Of a stretch of 64,000 nt of DNA, positions 24,301-37,763 are shown one piece after another. The position numbers were made by a program, and so were the translations under genes. The DNA comes from the human T2T-CHM13v2.0 reference genome, Homo sapiens, in NCBI RefSeq assembly GCF_009914755.1, contig NC_060930.1. The stretch is one strand, 5' to 3'. Each line of letters opens with the position of its first letter. Within the stretch, counting starts at the first letter, position 1. The notes beneath the pieces were generated by a model. The model was not told where the DNA came from, made no database searches, and saw only the letters and a list, made by a program, of their open reading frames with translations.

Positions 24301-25751
24301 GTACACACCCTCCTCTTTTGCATGCATATTTTCCCTTGTCCTTTTATCACGGTTATCTGTGTTTTCACCCTAGGTTTATGTGGAGAACTCCACATCTACA
24401 CAGCCTATTTACCCGGAGTTTGGGTCGCCCACTGTGTGGACACTGAAGGGGCCTGACTCAGCTGAGTGGGTGGACTCGTATATGGTTGTGCAGCACCTCC
24501 CACCATTTCTCCTCCACATCTGTGCGCTCTCTGGACAACATTTCTTTGTTCTATTGCACCTGTATGTCTTGTTCTTATTTTCAAGGCACGGAACACTGGC
24601 GCCTGGCTGTATTGAAATGGTTTTGTCTGCTATTTAAATTGTCTTTAACGAATTCACCATCCATGGTTAAATATTGAGTCAGAGCTGAGGAAACACTTCC
24701 TCCTCCCAGTTACCTTTCCATGTTGGTCAGGTCAAGGAGAAAATCTGTCTTTGTTGAGACGTGGTTTATCTGCTTCGCAACATTTAACAGAGGGATGGCT
24801 GTGGCCATCATATCCTGCTAATTATTTGTAACTGTTTTTATAGATTTACTTTCTATTAGTGGAAATGTCTGTTGAGCTTCCTTCTTATGCTATAAAGGTA
24901 ATGCTTTATATGCATTTTTCAGGTATAATAATGTGCTGTGAGATTAAAACTGAATGTACATCATTCCACAGCAGATGGGACAGATGTGACGGCGTCGTGT
25001 TTGCATGTGGACAAGGCATTCCTGCAAGCCTCGGGTGTCTGGGCTGGTCTGTTCGGCCGTCCGTGAGGATGCACTGTTCCACCTGCTCTCTTCATCTGTC
25101 TCTTGCCCTGCCAGCCTCTGCCAGCACATGGGGCTTCTCTTGGTCTTCTGGAGGATGTGAGGGATGTCACCAGTCACCATCCTCTACAGTGCTGTGGCCC
25201 TGGGTGCCAGGGTGAGGAGTAGGAACTCGAAACAGAAGATGATGACAAGAGGAATAGGTGTGGTTGTGTCTGAAGATGTCCATCTGGCAACTTCACTCAA
25301 CACCAACAGGCAGAAACCTTGGCTGCTGTCGAAGCATAAAAACAAACAACTCTGGAACCAAAGATATGATATTGGGAAAATCTGTGATGGACAGGGCCCT
25401 GTAGCTCCTGAAGGGCAGAAGGAGCCCAGGTCTCTGCCTGACTCCTCTTCCACATCGAGCATACTGGACCTGGGGTGGGGGAGGGAGGACAAGCTGGGGA
25501 GCACCCAGTGACTCGGAAAGGAGCCACAGCTGAGGGGCAGCAGCCAAGGCCACGCCTGCCCCTCAGTCGAGGCTGTGAGTGTTCTGCAGACCTGGGGCCT
25601 GCCATTCCCCAGCACCTGTGCCTATCACTTAGGAGAAGCCGGTCTCGGTCCCCATGGGATTGCCCTAAGAATGTGGTCGTCCCGGAGCTGACATTTCTGA
25701 AGGATGTGCTCAGAGACTCTTCAGCCTCCTCTGGTGCCCACAGGGCCCTCC

Positions 25752-25859
25752 CGGACAGCACGCTTCTCCTCAGGGCAGGGCGGACGCCTGGTTGGCCCCC
25801 AGCCTCGGACAGCACGCTTCTCCTCAGGGCAGGGCGGATGCCTGGTTGGCCCCCAGCCT
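25752..25859. repeat. 54 bp tandem duplication (2 copies)
   Basis: CGGACAGCACGCTTCTCCTCAGGGCAGGGCGGA(C/T)GCCTGGTTGGCCCCCAGCCT at 25752 and 25806. Confidence 0.95.
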
Positions 25860-25971
25860 TCAGTGCACCTGAGCAGAGGCACCACTTTCCAGGCCCAGGG
25901 GAAGAGTGACCACAGTAGACTCAGCTGTCACTCACGTGCTGCTTTTATCTAGTTGGGTTTTACTGCAAATA

Positions 25972-26285
25972 CCCTCACATGGTCCCCGGGTTCTCACATG
26001 CACACAGAAGGGTGTCCAGTCTGGATTGCAGTGATGTTCTGCACATACCCTCTCATGGCCCCCGGGTTCTCGCATGCACACAGGAGGGTGCACACTCCGC
26101 CCCCAGGTTCACACATGCACACAGGACGGTGCACACTCCGCCCCCAGGTTCACACATGCACACAGGACGGTGCACACTCCGCCCCCAGGTTCACACATGC
26201 ATGCAGGAGGGTACACACTCTGCCCCCGGGTTCACACATGCACACAGGAGGGTACACACTCCAGATTGCAGTCATGTTCTGCACC
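25972..26285. repeat. 41 bp minisatellite (~5 copies) within an older duplication
   Basis: GCCCCCAGGTTCACACATGCACACAGGACGGTGCACACTCC at 26058, 26099, 26140, 26181, 26222; GATTGCAGT(G/C)ATGTTCTGCAC occurs near 26024 and 26264. Confidence 0.92.
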
Positions 26286-27342
26286 CAACACATGTTTTTG
26301 AGCATCTTCATGCTGGGTTCTTTTTCTGGGTCAGTTTCATAAACACCTTTTCCTAGGACCAGCAGAGCCTATCCATCAACCCTGGGCTGTTTCCCTTCCT
26401 TCCTGCTTGGCACCCTTCACTCCAGCCTGGATGTGCATGTCAATAATTTTAAGCCAAAAGAGAACAGTGTGAGTTGTGCCCGTGCACCCTCCACAGCTCA
26501 GTCGACAGCGAGAGGGCCGTGTGGTCTTCACGGGGATCTCAGAGCCCATCCGATGTCATCAGAAGCTCTGCAGTGAAAGACCCTCCTGCAGGGCCCAGGG
26601 ACCGGAGCCTTCCAGGAGTCCATGCTCAGTGCGGCTTCCATATCCACAACCTGTCCCTGGGAGGCCCTGCTGCGGCAGAGGGAGGACAGGTCCCCAGCTG
26701 AAGACGGCAGCACCTTGAGGCAGGGGGGCCTCCCCGCTTCTCCACTGGCTCCACTGACAAGGAGAATATCCACCTTGCCCTGCATAACCCCATGCTCTGA
26801 ACAATAGGACACGGTGCTGGGAAGCCGGCCGTGCCCCAGCATGATTTTTATCTAGTGGAGGAAGTGAATAAGCAAGTGTGAATTATGGGGCCGAGTGAGA
26901 AAGTGCCCACAGCGATGCCTGAACCAGGTGCTATGGAAACGGGAGGAAGGACCGGCCGGGCACAGGGGGGGCCGGGGGGGCAGTCCCAGTGGTCTCCTCC
27001 CTCCTCCTCCCTGGTCACACTTCTTCCCCGGGGGACTTTATCCTTTCCCTTTCACTGTGCTGATTGCAAATGTTTCCTTCAGAAAAGGAAGACACCGGCT
27101 GTAGTGTTTGGGGTGTGGTGGTGCCGGGCGGGGAACATGTCAGCTTCTGAGTCTGGCCGATGACTTCATCTCCGCTCATCCCTGCGATGGACTCAGGGCT
27201 CGGGAGTCAGGAGCGAGGTGCCTTCCGGTGGTGGTTACGGTAAATCGGCTGCCACGTCCTACAGCATGCAGATCGGAAGCATCTGATTAACACGAGTGTG
27301 ACTCGGACCTCCCTGGTCTCCTCCCTCTGTCCCTCCTCCTTT

Positions 27343-28145
<803 letters not shown>

Positions 28146-29859
28146 GACCCAAGCAGAGGGGCAGCCCACACAGGGAGCCATGGCTTCCCTGGCATAGCCA
28201 TGCCCCAGCCGTACCTGCCACAGGGCACCCCAAATGGATGCTCCTTTTGGATGGGACTTGGGTGTTACAAGCAGGGGCATTTGGGGCTTCCCGGTGCCTG
28301 CAGCATGAAGGCACCTTCTTTGAACCCGTAACTCCCCCCGTGGAGATCCAGGCTCCACAGCGGAGTCCGTGAGAGTCCCAAGTGCCCAGCCCCGGGTCAG
28401 CTGCACCCAGAGCGCCCTAACAGAAGTGGGAACTCGGTGAATAGTCACTCCATAAATAACTGCGTGTCTGACATAACCCTGTTCTTCGTGTTCATTAGAG
28501 CTGAGGATGGCAGAGGAAAAAGCTGGCATATAGTAATTACAGTTGAATATGGGAAGTAGCTTTCCCTCCAGGAGCTCCCTTGCATTATTCTTACTATTAA
28601 AGGATTAATCCATTCCTACTTATTAAGAGTACTTTTTGAGAGGTATCAAGCTTTGGTTAATTAATGGAAATTTAAATTTATGAGGAATAAGTAAACTTTT
28701 TTGTGAAATACTATTTCCATCGAACTACTGCTAGATCCCCTTGACAGAGGGGGTCTTTAGGAAAAACCATGTGAAAGAAAACCCTACGGAACCTCCCAGG
28801 TAAGGTGGCCCCAGAGCATCTCTGAGCAGGTGGATGGCAGCGGGACCCGCCACTCTCACTGAGCCCCCGGGCTCCCCGCGGGAACGAAGGGAAGGCGGTT
28901 CTGTTGCATATGTGGCCTGTTGGCCCAGAAAGTGGCTCCCGCGAGTCAGAGTTGCAGAACACACAGCTGGGCAGCCTGCCCTGAGCCGCCCGCTATTCCC
29001 GTTGTTCATCAGATCTAAACATGTCAAAACAAGGCCTTCCGGCTGCCTGTTACTCACAAGAAAGTGACTGACATACTTTCCAGCTCGCAAATGATGTGCG
29101 TGCTTCCCCATGGCTTCATCTGTGCAGCATGCGGAAGGCAGCTGGGCTTGGATGGCAGCTCTGGCCTGCAGTGTGGGCTGTGGGAGCAAGTGGCTCTGGA
29201 CGGGAGTGTCCCGCGTGCTGGCTCAGCCACCGTTTCCTGTGGGCCCGGTGCTGCCCTGCCAGGGTTCTGAGATCATCCGTGCCACACCGTCAGCCTCCGA
29301 GTCAGGGCCTCCGTGGGAACACTGAGCACCACGCTGGGCTCTGAGATGTGACTGCATTGACCCTGGCTCACTCTACACACGGAACTAAATTCTAGTCATC
29401 TTAAACTGCCAAACACACAAACTGCCAAACTGTCAAACTAGTAGAGAAGCCCCCTGGGGAGGCGGTGGTCTCTGGGTACAAGCGGAGCCTAGATGCCTTC
29501 TCAGCCAGAGGGCACGCAAGTGCGCAAAGCCTCCCAGGATCCAGACAGAGAAGAGGCGTCACCTTTACAGACCCCACGGCAGGCTCCTGGGATAATTTTA
29601 ACACCTGCAAGGACGGTAGCTACGGGGATTAAACATGCGGAAATGTTGAGATCGGTGGGTTCACAACAATACTAAACTTATAATTGATACCTTTTGATCA
29701 CTGCTATTCGGTAATCTGAACAAGTCAATACTGACAAAGCACCATTAATAAATATAATTAATGCAAACAGGTGATTGTAAAACATACATGTGTTAGAAGG
29801 GACTTCTGTAAGTAATTTATCCTATAAAAGAATTCTTTAAATCATATACACACACACAT

Positions 29860-30600
29860 ATATGATTATTCTTGCAGGATGCCAGTGAATCAAATGTCTT
29901 TTAAAAAACAGGTAAATAAACAGGATCTAACATTAATCTTGTCTTTTTTAGGTGAACTGTACTACTAATACGGTACAAACGAGGGAAAGGTTCTCTTTGG
30001 ATGAGTCTTCCAGCTGCCAAGTGGGGAATGATGGCATGAGAATACTGCCCTTTTGCACCTCCTGATCAATGAATCAAAGCAATGTCACCAATGGCAGATT
30101 ATACCCCACATAAAGGTAGACCCTCAAGCCAGGGTGAATGATCAAACTTGGATCTGACACAGCGTCCAGAGCCAGCTACCAGCTACAGGAAGCACAGGCC
30201 GCAGAGTGCTGAGCTGAATGATGCCCAGACACAGCCAGCACGGTCCTGGAGGTGGCAGGCTCTGCAGGACAGACGGCCATGTCGTTGCAGGTAAATCACA
30301 TGGAAAGGGGGAGACGGGAGAACCCCAGCATCCCACCGCAGGGTCCAGACGCACGCACACTGATTCCAACACGCTGCAGTTAGCGGTGGGTGCTCGTGGA
30401 TAACTAGGGCCTGTGAAGGCTGACTGTGAAGTTGACAGTTTGATTGATCTGATGGAATGATTGATAGCTTTTTAAACACGACAGTGGGACTGTGGTTATG
30501 GTTTGCTAAACACAGCTTATCTTTTTAGACATGTAGGGGGTTATTTATGGAAGAAATAATGTGAGGTGTGGGACTTGCCTAGCATAATGGGATAGCTGGG
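29860..30600 (+). mobile_element. L1MC4/5-type 3' UTR fragment
   Basis: TTGCAGGATGCCAG...GGTAAATAAA...TGAACTGTAC...GAGGGAAAGGTTCTCTTT...TTTTGCACCTCCTGAT resembles the long L1MC 3' UTR. Confidence 0.65.
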
Positions 30601-30754
30601 GACTTTCTCTTCACTGACCCTTGCTTTCTGGGTGTCCTCAGAAAGGCTGTGTCTTTAGTCACAGTGTGTGACATTCTACATTCATTCTGAATCCCTCGCC
30701 TGAATTGGTGCTTGCTGGAACCAGATAGGTTCACTATACTATGCTTCCTATTTA

Positions 30755-31180
30755 AAAGTTCTAAAATGCAATAGAAGAAAATAGGAGAATATTTTTGTAA
30801 CTGGGAGGTAGAAAAATTTCCTAAGCAATGCAAGAAACTCTGAAGCCCCCAAATAACAAAACTTTTCTATGACAACATCTGCCATAAGGAAAAGGGAAGG
30901 GGAGCCTGGAAGAAGATATTCACAGCGTACGACCCAAGATAGCCGCCCACACGGCACGGAAACCCACAAAATGGAAAGACGGGGAGACCCAGGACTCCGG
31001 AGAAACATGAATACAACAACTCAAATGGCCAGCCTCGCTTGTCCTGGGAAACGCCCAGTTAGAAAGGCAGCAGAATACATCTCACCCATGAGACTGGCGG
31101 AAAGGAGCAGGGTGGATGGGGTGCTGGCGCTCTGTTGGTGGAACAGAGGCTGGTAACATCTTTCAGAAGGAAACACAGCC
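30755..31180 (+). mobile_element. Old L1M ORF2 3' fragment
   Basis: TAGAAGAAAATAGGAGAATATTTTTGTAACTGGGAGGTAG...AAAACTTTTCTATGACAA...GAAGATATTCACAGC. Confidence 0.6.
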
Positions 31181-31561
31181 ACATTGATTCACATGGAAAT
31201 GCATTTGCTCTAACTGAACAATTCAGTTCCCAGAAATCAACTCTAAAAGCCTCTTGCCCACTGACAGCTTCATATTGTGCGAGCTGGGCACCCTGTGGCT
31301 TCCATTTCTGGTGTTTGTGCTGCATCAGCTTTGCTCCTTTGGGACTGGGTTTCCCAAACGCTCTTCCCGCCTTGTTCTGAGTGGTGGGAGCCACACAAGA
31401 CGTCTGACGTTTGAGGAGATTGGGAAGCAGAAGTGTGGCAGCCCCCACACACCCAAAGCAAGCAGCTACCACAAACGCACTCGCCCCTCTGGGGTGGGCA
31501 GCAGGACGGTCCCCACAGGACCCTCATCCAGCAGCCGCTGGGGCTTCCCGCAGCTCCCATG

Positions 31562-31740
31562 TCACTGAACCTGGAGGGGGCTCAGGGTCCTCACTGCTCA
31601 CTGAACCTGGAGGGGGCTCAGGATCCTCACTGCTCACTGAGGCTGGAGGGGGCTCAGGATCCTCACTGCTCACTGAGGCTGGAGGGGGCTCAGGATCCTC
31701 ACTGCTCACCGAGGCTGGAGGGTCTCAGTGTCCTCACTGC
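31562..31740. repeat. 36 bp minisatellite, ~5 copies
   Basis: TCACTGA(ACC/GGC)TGGAGGGGGCTCAGGATCCTCACTGC; peptide TEPGGGSGSSLL repeats. Confidence 0.95.
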
Positions 31741-31933
31741 CTGCTTTGCCTTGCAGTCCTTCTGGGCACAGCCCTGCTGGTCTCCAGCCTGTTTCTCATG
31801 CTCTGCTTCACAACAGGTCAACTTCTGTAATATTGCCCTTGAAGGTGGACGTGCAAGCCTGTTCCATCCTCTTGTCCAACAAGGCGAAGGTGTGAGTTTC
31901 CTCACGGAGAGCCTGCTGGCTTAGAGGAGATGC

Positions 31934-32132
31934 TCACCTGGGAATCCGGCTCAGTCACATCACCTGGGAACCCGGCTCAGTCACATCACCTGGGAACCCC
32001 GCTCTGTCACATCACCTGGGAACCCAGCTAAGTCACATCACCTGGGAACCTGGCTCAGTCACATCACCTGGGAACCTGGCTCAGTCACATCACCTGGGAA
32101 TCTGGCTCAGTCACATCACCTGGGAATCTGGA
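31934..32132. repeat. 26 bp minisatellite, ~7.5 copies
   Basis: TCACCTGGGAACCCGGCTCAGTCACA at 31934, 31960 and onward. Confidence 0.95.
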
Positions 32133-32848
32133 TCACTCACAGGGTGCTTTAGCCTGAGCTATAGATGTTCTGATTTGAATCACTGGCCAGGACTGAAACA
32201 TGGGTTCATTTCAGATCAAACCTGGATTTCTTGCTTCTCTTGGAAAAATTTGGCCACGTTGGGGCCACACTCCCACATAGGAATAACCTCGTGTATAAGG
32301 GGGTGCAGCTATTGACTCCCCACACACAGAGGTGTCTGCAGGGGCCACAGTGCCTCCCACCCCCGTGGGGTCCATGCTCAGGCCTAAGGCAGAGCCCCCA
32401 CTAGTGATGGGCAGGGCAGATGGAGGCTCCTGGTGAGGTTCCCGTGAGAAACAAGGAAGGACACGGGAAGGAAAGGAGGGAGGGGGGAGAGACAGAGACA
32501 GAGAGAGAGAGAAACACTGGGACGTTCTCCCCTCCATCCCGGGCACACACAGGGTTTTCTGTGTGTCTATAACATGCTGTGTGTGATGGTGACGACCAAG
32601 GGTTGGCAATCGCCTTTCTCAGATGGATCTGAGAGTGGCCCTGCTCCGATATAGTCCCAGCTGTGCTTTAAAGCCTTTGCCACTCCAAATTCACTCAGGG
32701 TAGATAGTGCTCAGCGTAGCACATGAGGGCACACAGAACTCTAGAGGCAGCGAGTGCCCCAGGGGCAGTGGCACAGACAAGCTTCCCACATACACAGGGA
32801 GCCCAAGATACAGACAGCCCCATCACATAACAGATCACATACACATTG

Positions 32849-33189
32849 GCGTGGAGCCGTTTCTGAGCTGCTGTTCAGTCCCTTGTGTATCAGGGATTTG
32901 CTGATCCCCACTCAGGCCAGGACCGTGTCAGGCGCCCATGGCCACAGCCTGAGCAGGATGGACCTGCCGGCACCGCTGGGACAGAGCCCCTGCCCCAGGC
33001 TGAGAAGCAAGTGGAAGGCTCCGGCAGAGCGGGTGCCAAGCCCCCACCCTGGCCTCTCCACAGTCCCGCACGGGCAGAGCCAGCGAGCCAGGCACGAGCC
33101 TGGTTCTCTGAAAAAGCGCAAAGTGTACAGCCTCTTTAAATCTGAAATAACATAGACATAAGGGTGCTTATCTCTACTTGATTCAAATG
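32849..33189 (+). repeat. Inverted repeat, left arm (341 bp)
   Basis: Reverse complement of 35345-35703; about 5 substitutions plus one 18 bp indel by eye; ORF track shows the same peptides on opposite strands. Confidence 0.97.
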
Positions 33190-33409
33190 TACTTCAAGTC
33201 CCCAGTCACACTGGCAGAACTGGGGGACGCAGCTACTGGCCCAGGTGAGCGGCTGCACCTGCATCCCCCCAAAGCCTCGGGATCCCTGCAGCCTGTGGCC
33301 CTGCCCAGCCCCTCCTGGAAGGCTCGGATCCCCTCAGCAAGGCAGGGGTGGCCTCCACAGCTGTGCTCTGTGGCCCCAAGGTGGGAACTCAGCAAGAAAT
33401 GGCTTTGGC

Positions 33410-33478
33410 TTTGGTTGGGTTGTGGACGTGATCACCTCGTTGGAACATAAAGTGCATTTGAGTGGCCGGCGTGGCCCA
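33410..33478 (+). repeat. 69 bp dispersed direct repeat, copy 1
   Basis: TTTGGTTGGGTTGTGGACGTGATCACCTCGTTGGAACATAAAGTGCATTTGAGTGGCCGGCGTGGCCCA. Confidence 0.95.
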
Positions 33479-34512
33479 TGCTACGCAGGACAGAGTCAGG
33501 TCAGGTCAGGTCAGCCGGGGTCGGCACGTGGCGCCATCGCCCCCATGGGTCTCCTCCAGGAAGGACGCCGGGAACTCTGGTTTGCTGTGGAGGCTTCAGG
33601 GGGAGCGGAGTCCAGCTGACTGGCCCCTAGCAGTAAGAATCCTGTCATTCAAAGTCTTTGAAAATCTCTCCTGAAGGCCCAGTTAATAGGACGGGGTGGG
33701 GGAACTCCTGGGATGTTCCAAACTCAGTCTCATGGAGGCCACTCTCTGGTGACAATGCCTGAGCTGACGGGACCGCAGCAAGCAGGACAATGCTGACCCA
33801 GCGTTAGAGGCAGACGCCGTAGATTCAAACTTGCAGACAGTCCTGGTGGAAGCTGAATGTAGGTACATCAATGGCCCGTCATGCAGCACACGTGCAATGA
33901 TGGAAGACCACAAGGAAAAACCACAAGGCACCTGAGGAAGGGCCGCAAGGTCACTCCAGGGGAGACCGTGAGATCACTGTAGAGGAGATCACAAGGGGAC
34001 ACCATGAGGTCACTCCAGGGAGACCGCGAGGGGAGACTCTCCTGGTCTGAGAGTCCAGGCCTCAGTTTACCCACTTGCTGAGTCTTAGAAGGCTCCCCCA
34101 GCTTTCCAGATCGCCAAGGCAGGAGGCCCGTGCCAGCCAGAGGGCTTCGTCTTTCAGGACCCCCTCTGTGTTGACCTGAGCTCCTTCTGCCTCCTTTTGT
34201 CCCTTGTCTGGGAGGAACATGGCGGTGAGTTCAGACCCATCTCCCAAGATGAGCTGCTTTTAGCCCACCTGGTCAGCTCTTTGATTTGAATATGCTGGGC
34301 TGAAGTTTGAGGCTTCAGGCCCTTGTGTGATATTTTCATTTTCATTCTCAGGAAGAGCTGTCCCCAGGTTTCAGGAAGTGCCCCGCGGTACCCTGCTCGT
34401 CCAGATCTGAGCAGCTCCAGGGTGACGAGGGCCCCTGGGTTCCTTGGGCAGCGGCCGAGTGGCCCCGTCTGCCTGATTTTAGCAGACACTCCGCGAAGGT
34501 TTGCCTCTGTCA

Positions 34513-34581
34513 TTTGGTTGGGTTGTGGACGTGGTCACCTCGTTGGAACATAAAGTGCATTCGAGTGGCCGGCGTGGCCCA
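34513..34581 (+). repeat. 69 bp dispersed direct repeat, copy 2
   Basis: Two mismatches relative to 33410-33478. Confidence 0.95.
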
Positions 34582-34966
34582 CTCGAAAAGGCTTAATGCC
34601 TTTACAGCCCCTAGAAAGAGTGTGGGGCGGCCACTGCCCCCACCCATGTGAACGAGGGAAGCCCCTCCCTCCTGCAGGCCACAGGCAGACAGTGGTCAGG
34701 GCAGGTGGGGTCCCAGCCCCGGGGAATGGCTGCTGTTGCTGGTTGGCTTCAGGCAGTTCCTGCACCCTCTCTGAGCCTCAGCCGCCTCACCTAAAATGGG
34801 ACCTGTTTTCCCTGCCTTTCTGGCTGGCTTCCGGATGCTGTCTGCTGGGTCCCCTGAGACTGGGAGCAGTGTCTGCTGCAGGGATCTCTCAGGCTGAGGG
34901 AGAAGGTGGCTCGGCCTGGCAGGCGGCCACGGCCTCACTCCCCTAAGCCCCGAATGGAGTCACTGA

Positions 34967-35099
34967 GCCGCCTCTCTGCTCCCACGTGTCCTGTGTGCTG
35001 TAGGCCCCTGGGCGGTGGGAGACGCTGGCCGCCTCTCCGCTCCCACGTGTCCTGTGTGCTGTAGGCCTCTGGGCGGTGGGAGACCCTGGCCACCTCTCC
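34967..35099. repeat. 61 bp tandem duplication (~2.2 copies)
   Basis: GCCGCCTCTC(T/C)GCTCCCACGTGTCCTGTGTGCTGTAGGCC... at 34967 and 35028. Confidence 0.92.
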
Positions 35100-35344
35100 A
35101 GGAGGCCTCCTCCTTAGAGAGGCGTGTGGCCCAGACGAGTCAGGTTTGGTACACGGACCAGGACTTAGGACCTGCCGCCCCTAGTCGCAGGGCCTGGGAC
35201 AGCTGCCAATCCTTCCTCACATGCAGCTCAGGGCGGCGCCTCCCCAGCTGGACAGGGATTCAAGGCCCTCAGCGCCGGGGCCACTGCTAAGTGGCAGGCA
35301 TAGGAGCTGCACGTTTCTGAGAGGACATTTCCTGACTCTTACCC

Positions 35345-35703
35345 CATTTGAATCAAGTAGAGATAAGCACCCTTATGTCTATGTTATTTCAGATTTAAAG
35401 AGGCTGTACACTTTGCGCTTTTTCAGAGAACCAGGCTCGTGCCTGGCTCGTTGGCTCTGCCCGGCTCGCTGGCTCTGCCCGTGCGGGACTGTGGAGAGGC
35501 CAGGGTGAGGGCTTGGCGCCTGCTCTGCCGGAACCTTCCACTTGCTTCTCAGCCTGGGGCAGGGGCTCCGTCCCAGCGGTGCCGGCAGGTCCATCCTGCT
35601 CAGGCTGTGGCCATGGGCGCCTGACACGGTCCTGGCCTGAGTGGGGATCAGCAAATCCCTGATACACAAGGGACTGAACAGCAGCTCAGAAACGGCTCCA
35701 CGC
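35345..35703 (-). repeat. Inverted repeat, right arm (359 bp)
   Basis: Reverse complement of 32849-33189; carries an extra 18 bp tandem copy at 35445-35480. Confidence 0.97.
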
Positions 35704-37274
35704 ACCCTCCAGGACACAAAGGCAGCGAATGGATGTGACACAGACGGCGGCCTTTCCGTCCTTCCTCACCCTGGAGTCCCCATGCAGCCTCCGCCGTGCA
35801 AACCAGCCACACATCAGAGAGACCACAGCCCGCGCCTCTCCCCGAGCCCAGACCCGTGCCCGGCTGCTCCTGAGCAGCCCTGACCCTGATTCTCATGTGG
35901 AAGTCTCAAACCACGGCTACCACCACCAAGCAGGCGTCTTCCTTCCCACGTGCACGTTTTCCTGCATGCTTCCACTCTGAGTGAGGGGAGATGCCATGGA
36001 GAGCTTGGTGCTGCAGACCCACAAATCCGACTGTGCTGGAAGTGGTGCTGGCCAGTGCACAGGGCAGTGGGGCTTGCAGTAGCTCGGCGAGAGACCCCGG
36101 GCGGATGGCAGTGATGTGTGGGGAGAAGCACTCAGACCCTGGCTGGGTTTTCCATGTAGAAGCTTCGGTGTTGTTGATGGAGGCTGGGGTCAGGGTATGA
36201 GCAGAAGACAGGGCAGGGCAGTGCGGGGCCTCTAAGCTCTCAGCTCAGCCTCAAACAGCGTGGCCTATGGGACAGCACAAAACCACTTGTGCTGGGACAC
36301 CGCAGGACATGCATGACCTATAATGCAGTGGCCAGAAGCACCATCACAGTCATTTGGTGGAAACCAAAGACAAAAGTCCACAATAGATTCTGAAGAGGGG
36401 CGAGCCAGGTGGTCATCATTATAGAGCTTTTCTGACAGGACGGGGTCCTCCACGTGCCCCTCAAGAGGCAGACACTACAGGTGTGCGGCGGGGACCCACG
36501 CGGGAATGGCCACCTCTGTCTCAGGCAGAACAGACTGACGCCACCTGCCCCTGTCAGGGCCACACCTGCAGGAAAGAATTTCAAACTTCAGATCTGAACA
36601 CTCTGGAAAAAGAGAGTGAATGTTTAAGCTCCCTCTCAGCCTGGCAGTGGTGGCATCCACGGGCGGCGAGTCCAGATCCTGAGGCTGCCACAGCCCCTGC
36701 ACCGTGTATGCCTATATGCAAGGACACCCAGCTGTGGTGAGGCCTGGGGCCGCCGCCCTCTGCTCCAGCCACCCCTTGCTGCTCTCTGGGGGTTCCTTCA
36801 GCTGCAGGAAGCCAGGGCCGCTGTCCATCCCGAGGCCCCGTCCCTCCTGCCACCCTCTCGGCCTGCACCTGCCAGAGTCCAGAGAGGTTTTCCAGCAGAG
36901 GCTGTGACCGCAGCCGGCGAGAGATGAAGACGGAACCCGCTCCCCACGACATGTACCCAAAGGCGCCGGCCACAAGGAAACATGCACAGGACATCACAGG
37001 GCACGTCTGACAAAGATGCGGGGGCTGCGAGGACTGGGAGTGGCTGTCCACGAGGGCCCAGGGCCATGCTTTCATGGACCGTCTTACCCGCCTGCTCAGT
37101 CGAGGCCGAGAGCCCCGGGGAGAGCCGTGGCCGCCTGCCCCAGGCAGCACTGGGCATTCCCACGCTTCCTCCTCTCCAGGACAGGCTCCTCAGATGAGAG
37201 CAGGGATTGCAGCACGGGCCCGAGCACCCCGGCCGCGACCCCGCCATCTCTGAGCCACGCCCCCTAGCCAGGGC

Positions 37275-37455
37275 CGCCCACCCACTATCACTGAGGCCCA
37301 CACCTGCTGAGACCCACACCTGCCGAGGCCCACACCTGCCCAGGCCCACCCATTATCACCGAGGCCCACACCTGCCGAGGCCCACACCTGCTGAGACCCA
37401 CACCTGCTGAGACCCACACCTGCCGAGGCCCACACCTGCCGAGGCCCACACCTGG
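37275..37455. repeat. 16 bp minisatellite with interruptions
   Basis: GAG(G/A)CCCACACCTGC(C/T) units; CCCACCCA(C/T)TATCAC occurs twice. Confidence 0.9.
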
Positions 37456-37763
37456 GGGATGGGCAGTCGGGGGAGGACGAGTGGTGCCGAGGGTCTGGGG
37501 GGCCCCTGAACCACCAGGGCGAGGTTCCCGGCTGGGGAGACGCAGAGCCAGGGCTCTGCACAGGGGGTGCCCTGGGGAGCAGGCATGAGAGCCACTTCTG
37601 CGAGGTGAGGTCACGAGACAGACGTCAACAAGGGCTGGCCAGAGAGAAGAGCCGGTCACCCAGGGCCTCGGAGGGAAGGAAGGCTCAGGGACCCGCGGGA
37701 CGAAGGCTTGGAGAAGCCCCTGGGGAGCAGCTTGAGCACAGCGAGCTCTGGGACAATGGCCAG

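Noticed and set aside
22803-24446. Cys-rich repetitive ORFs (RPCHCGGW...) resembling metallothionein or keratin-associated proteins
   Set aside because: Translations of the 27 bp VNTR, open in several frames on both strands
32754-35741. Apparently duplicated small genes (MYQGFADPHSG..., MRFFREPGS...) on opposite strands
   Set aside because: A consequence of the inverted repeat; no coding signature and non-ATG starts
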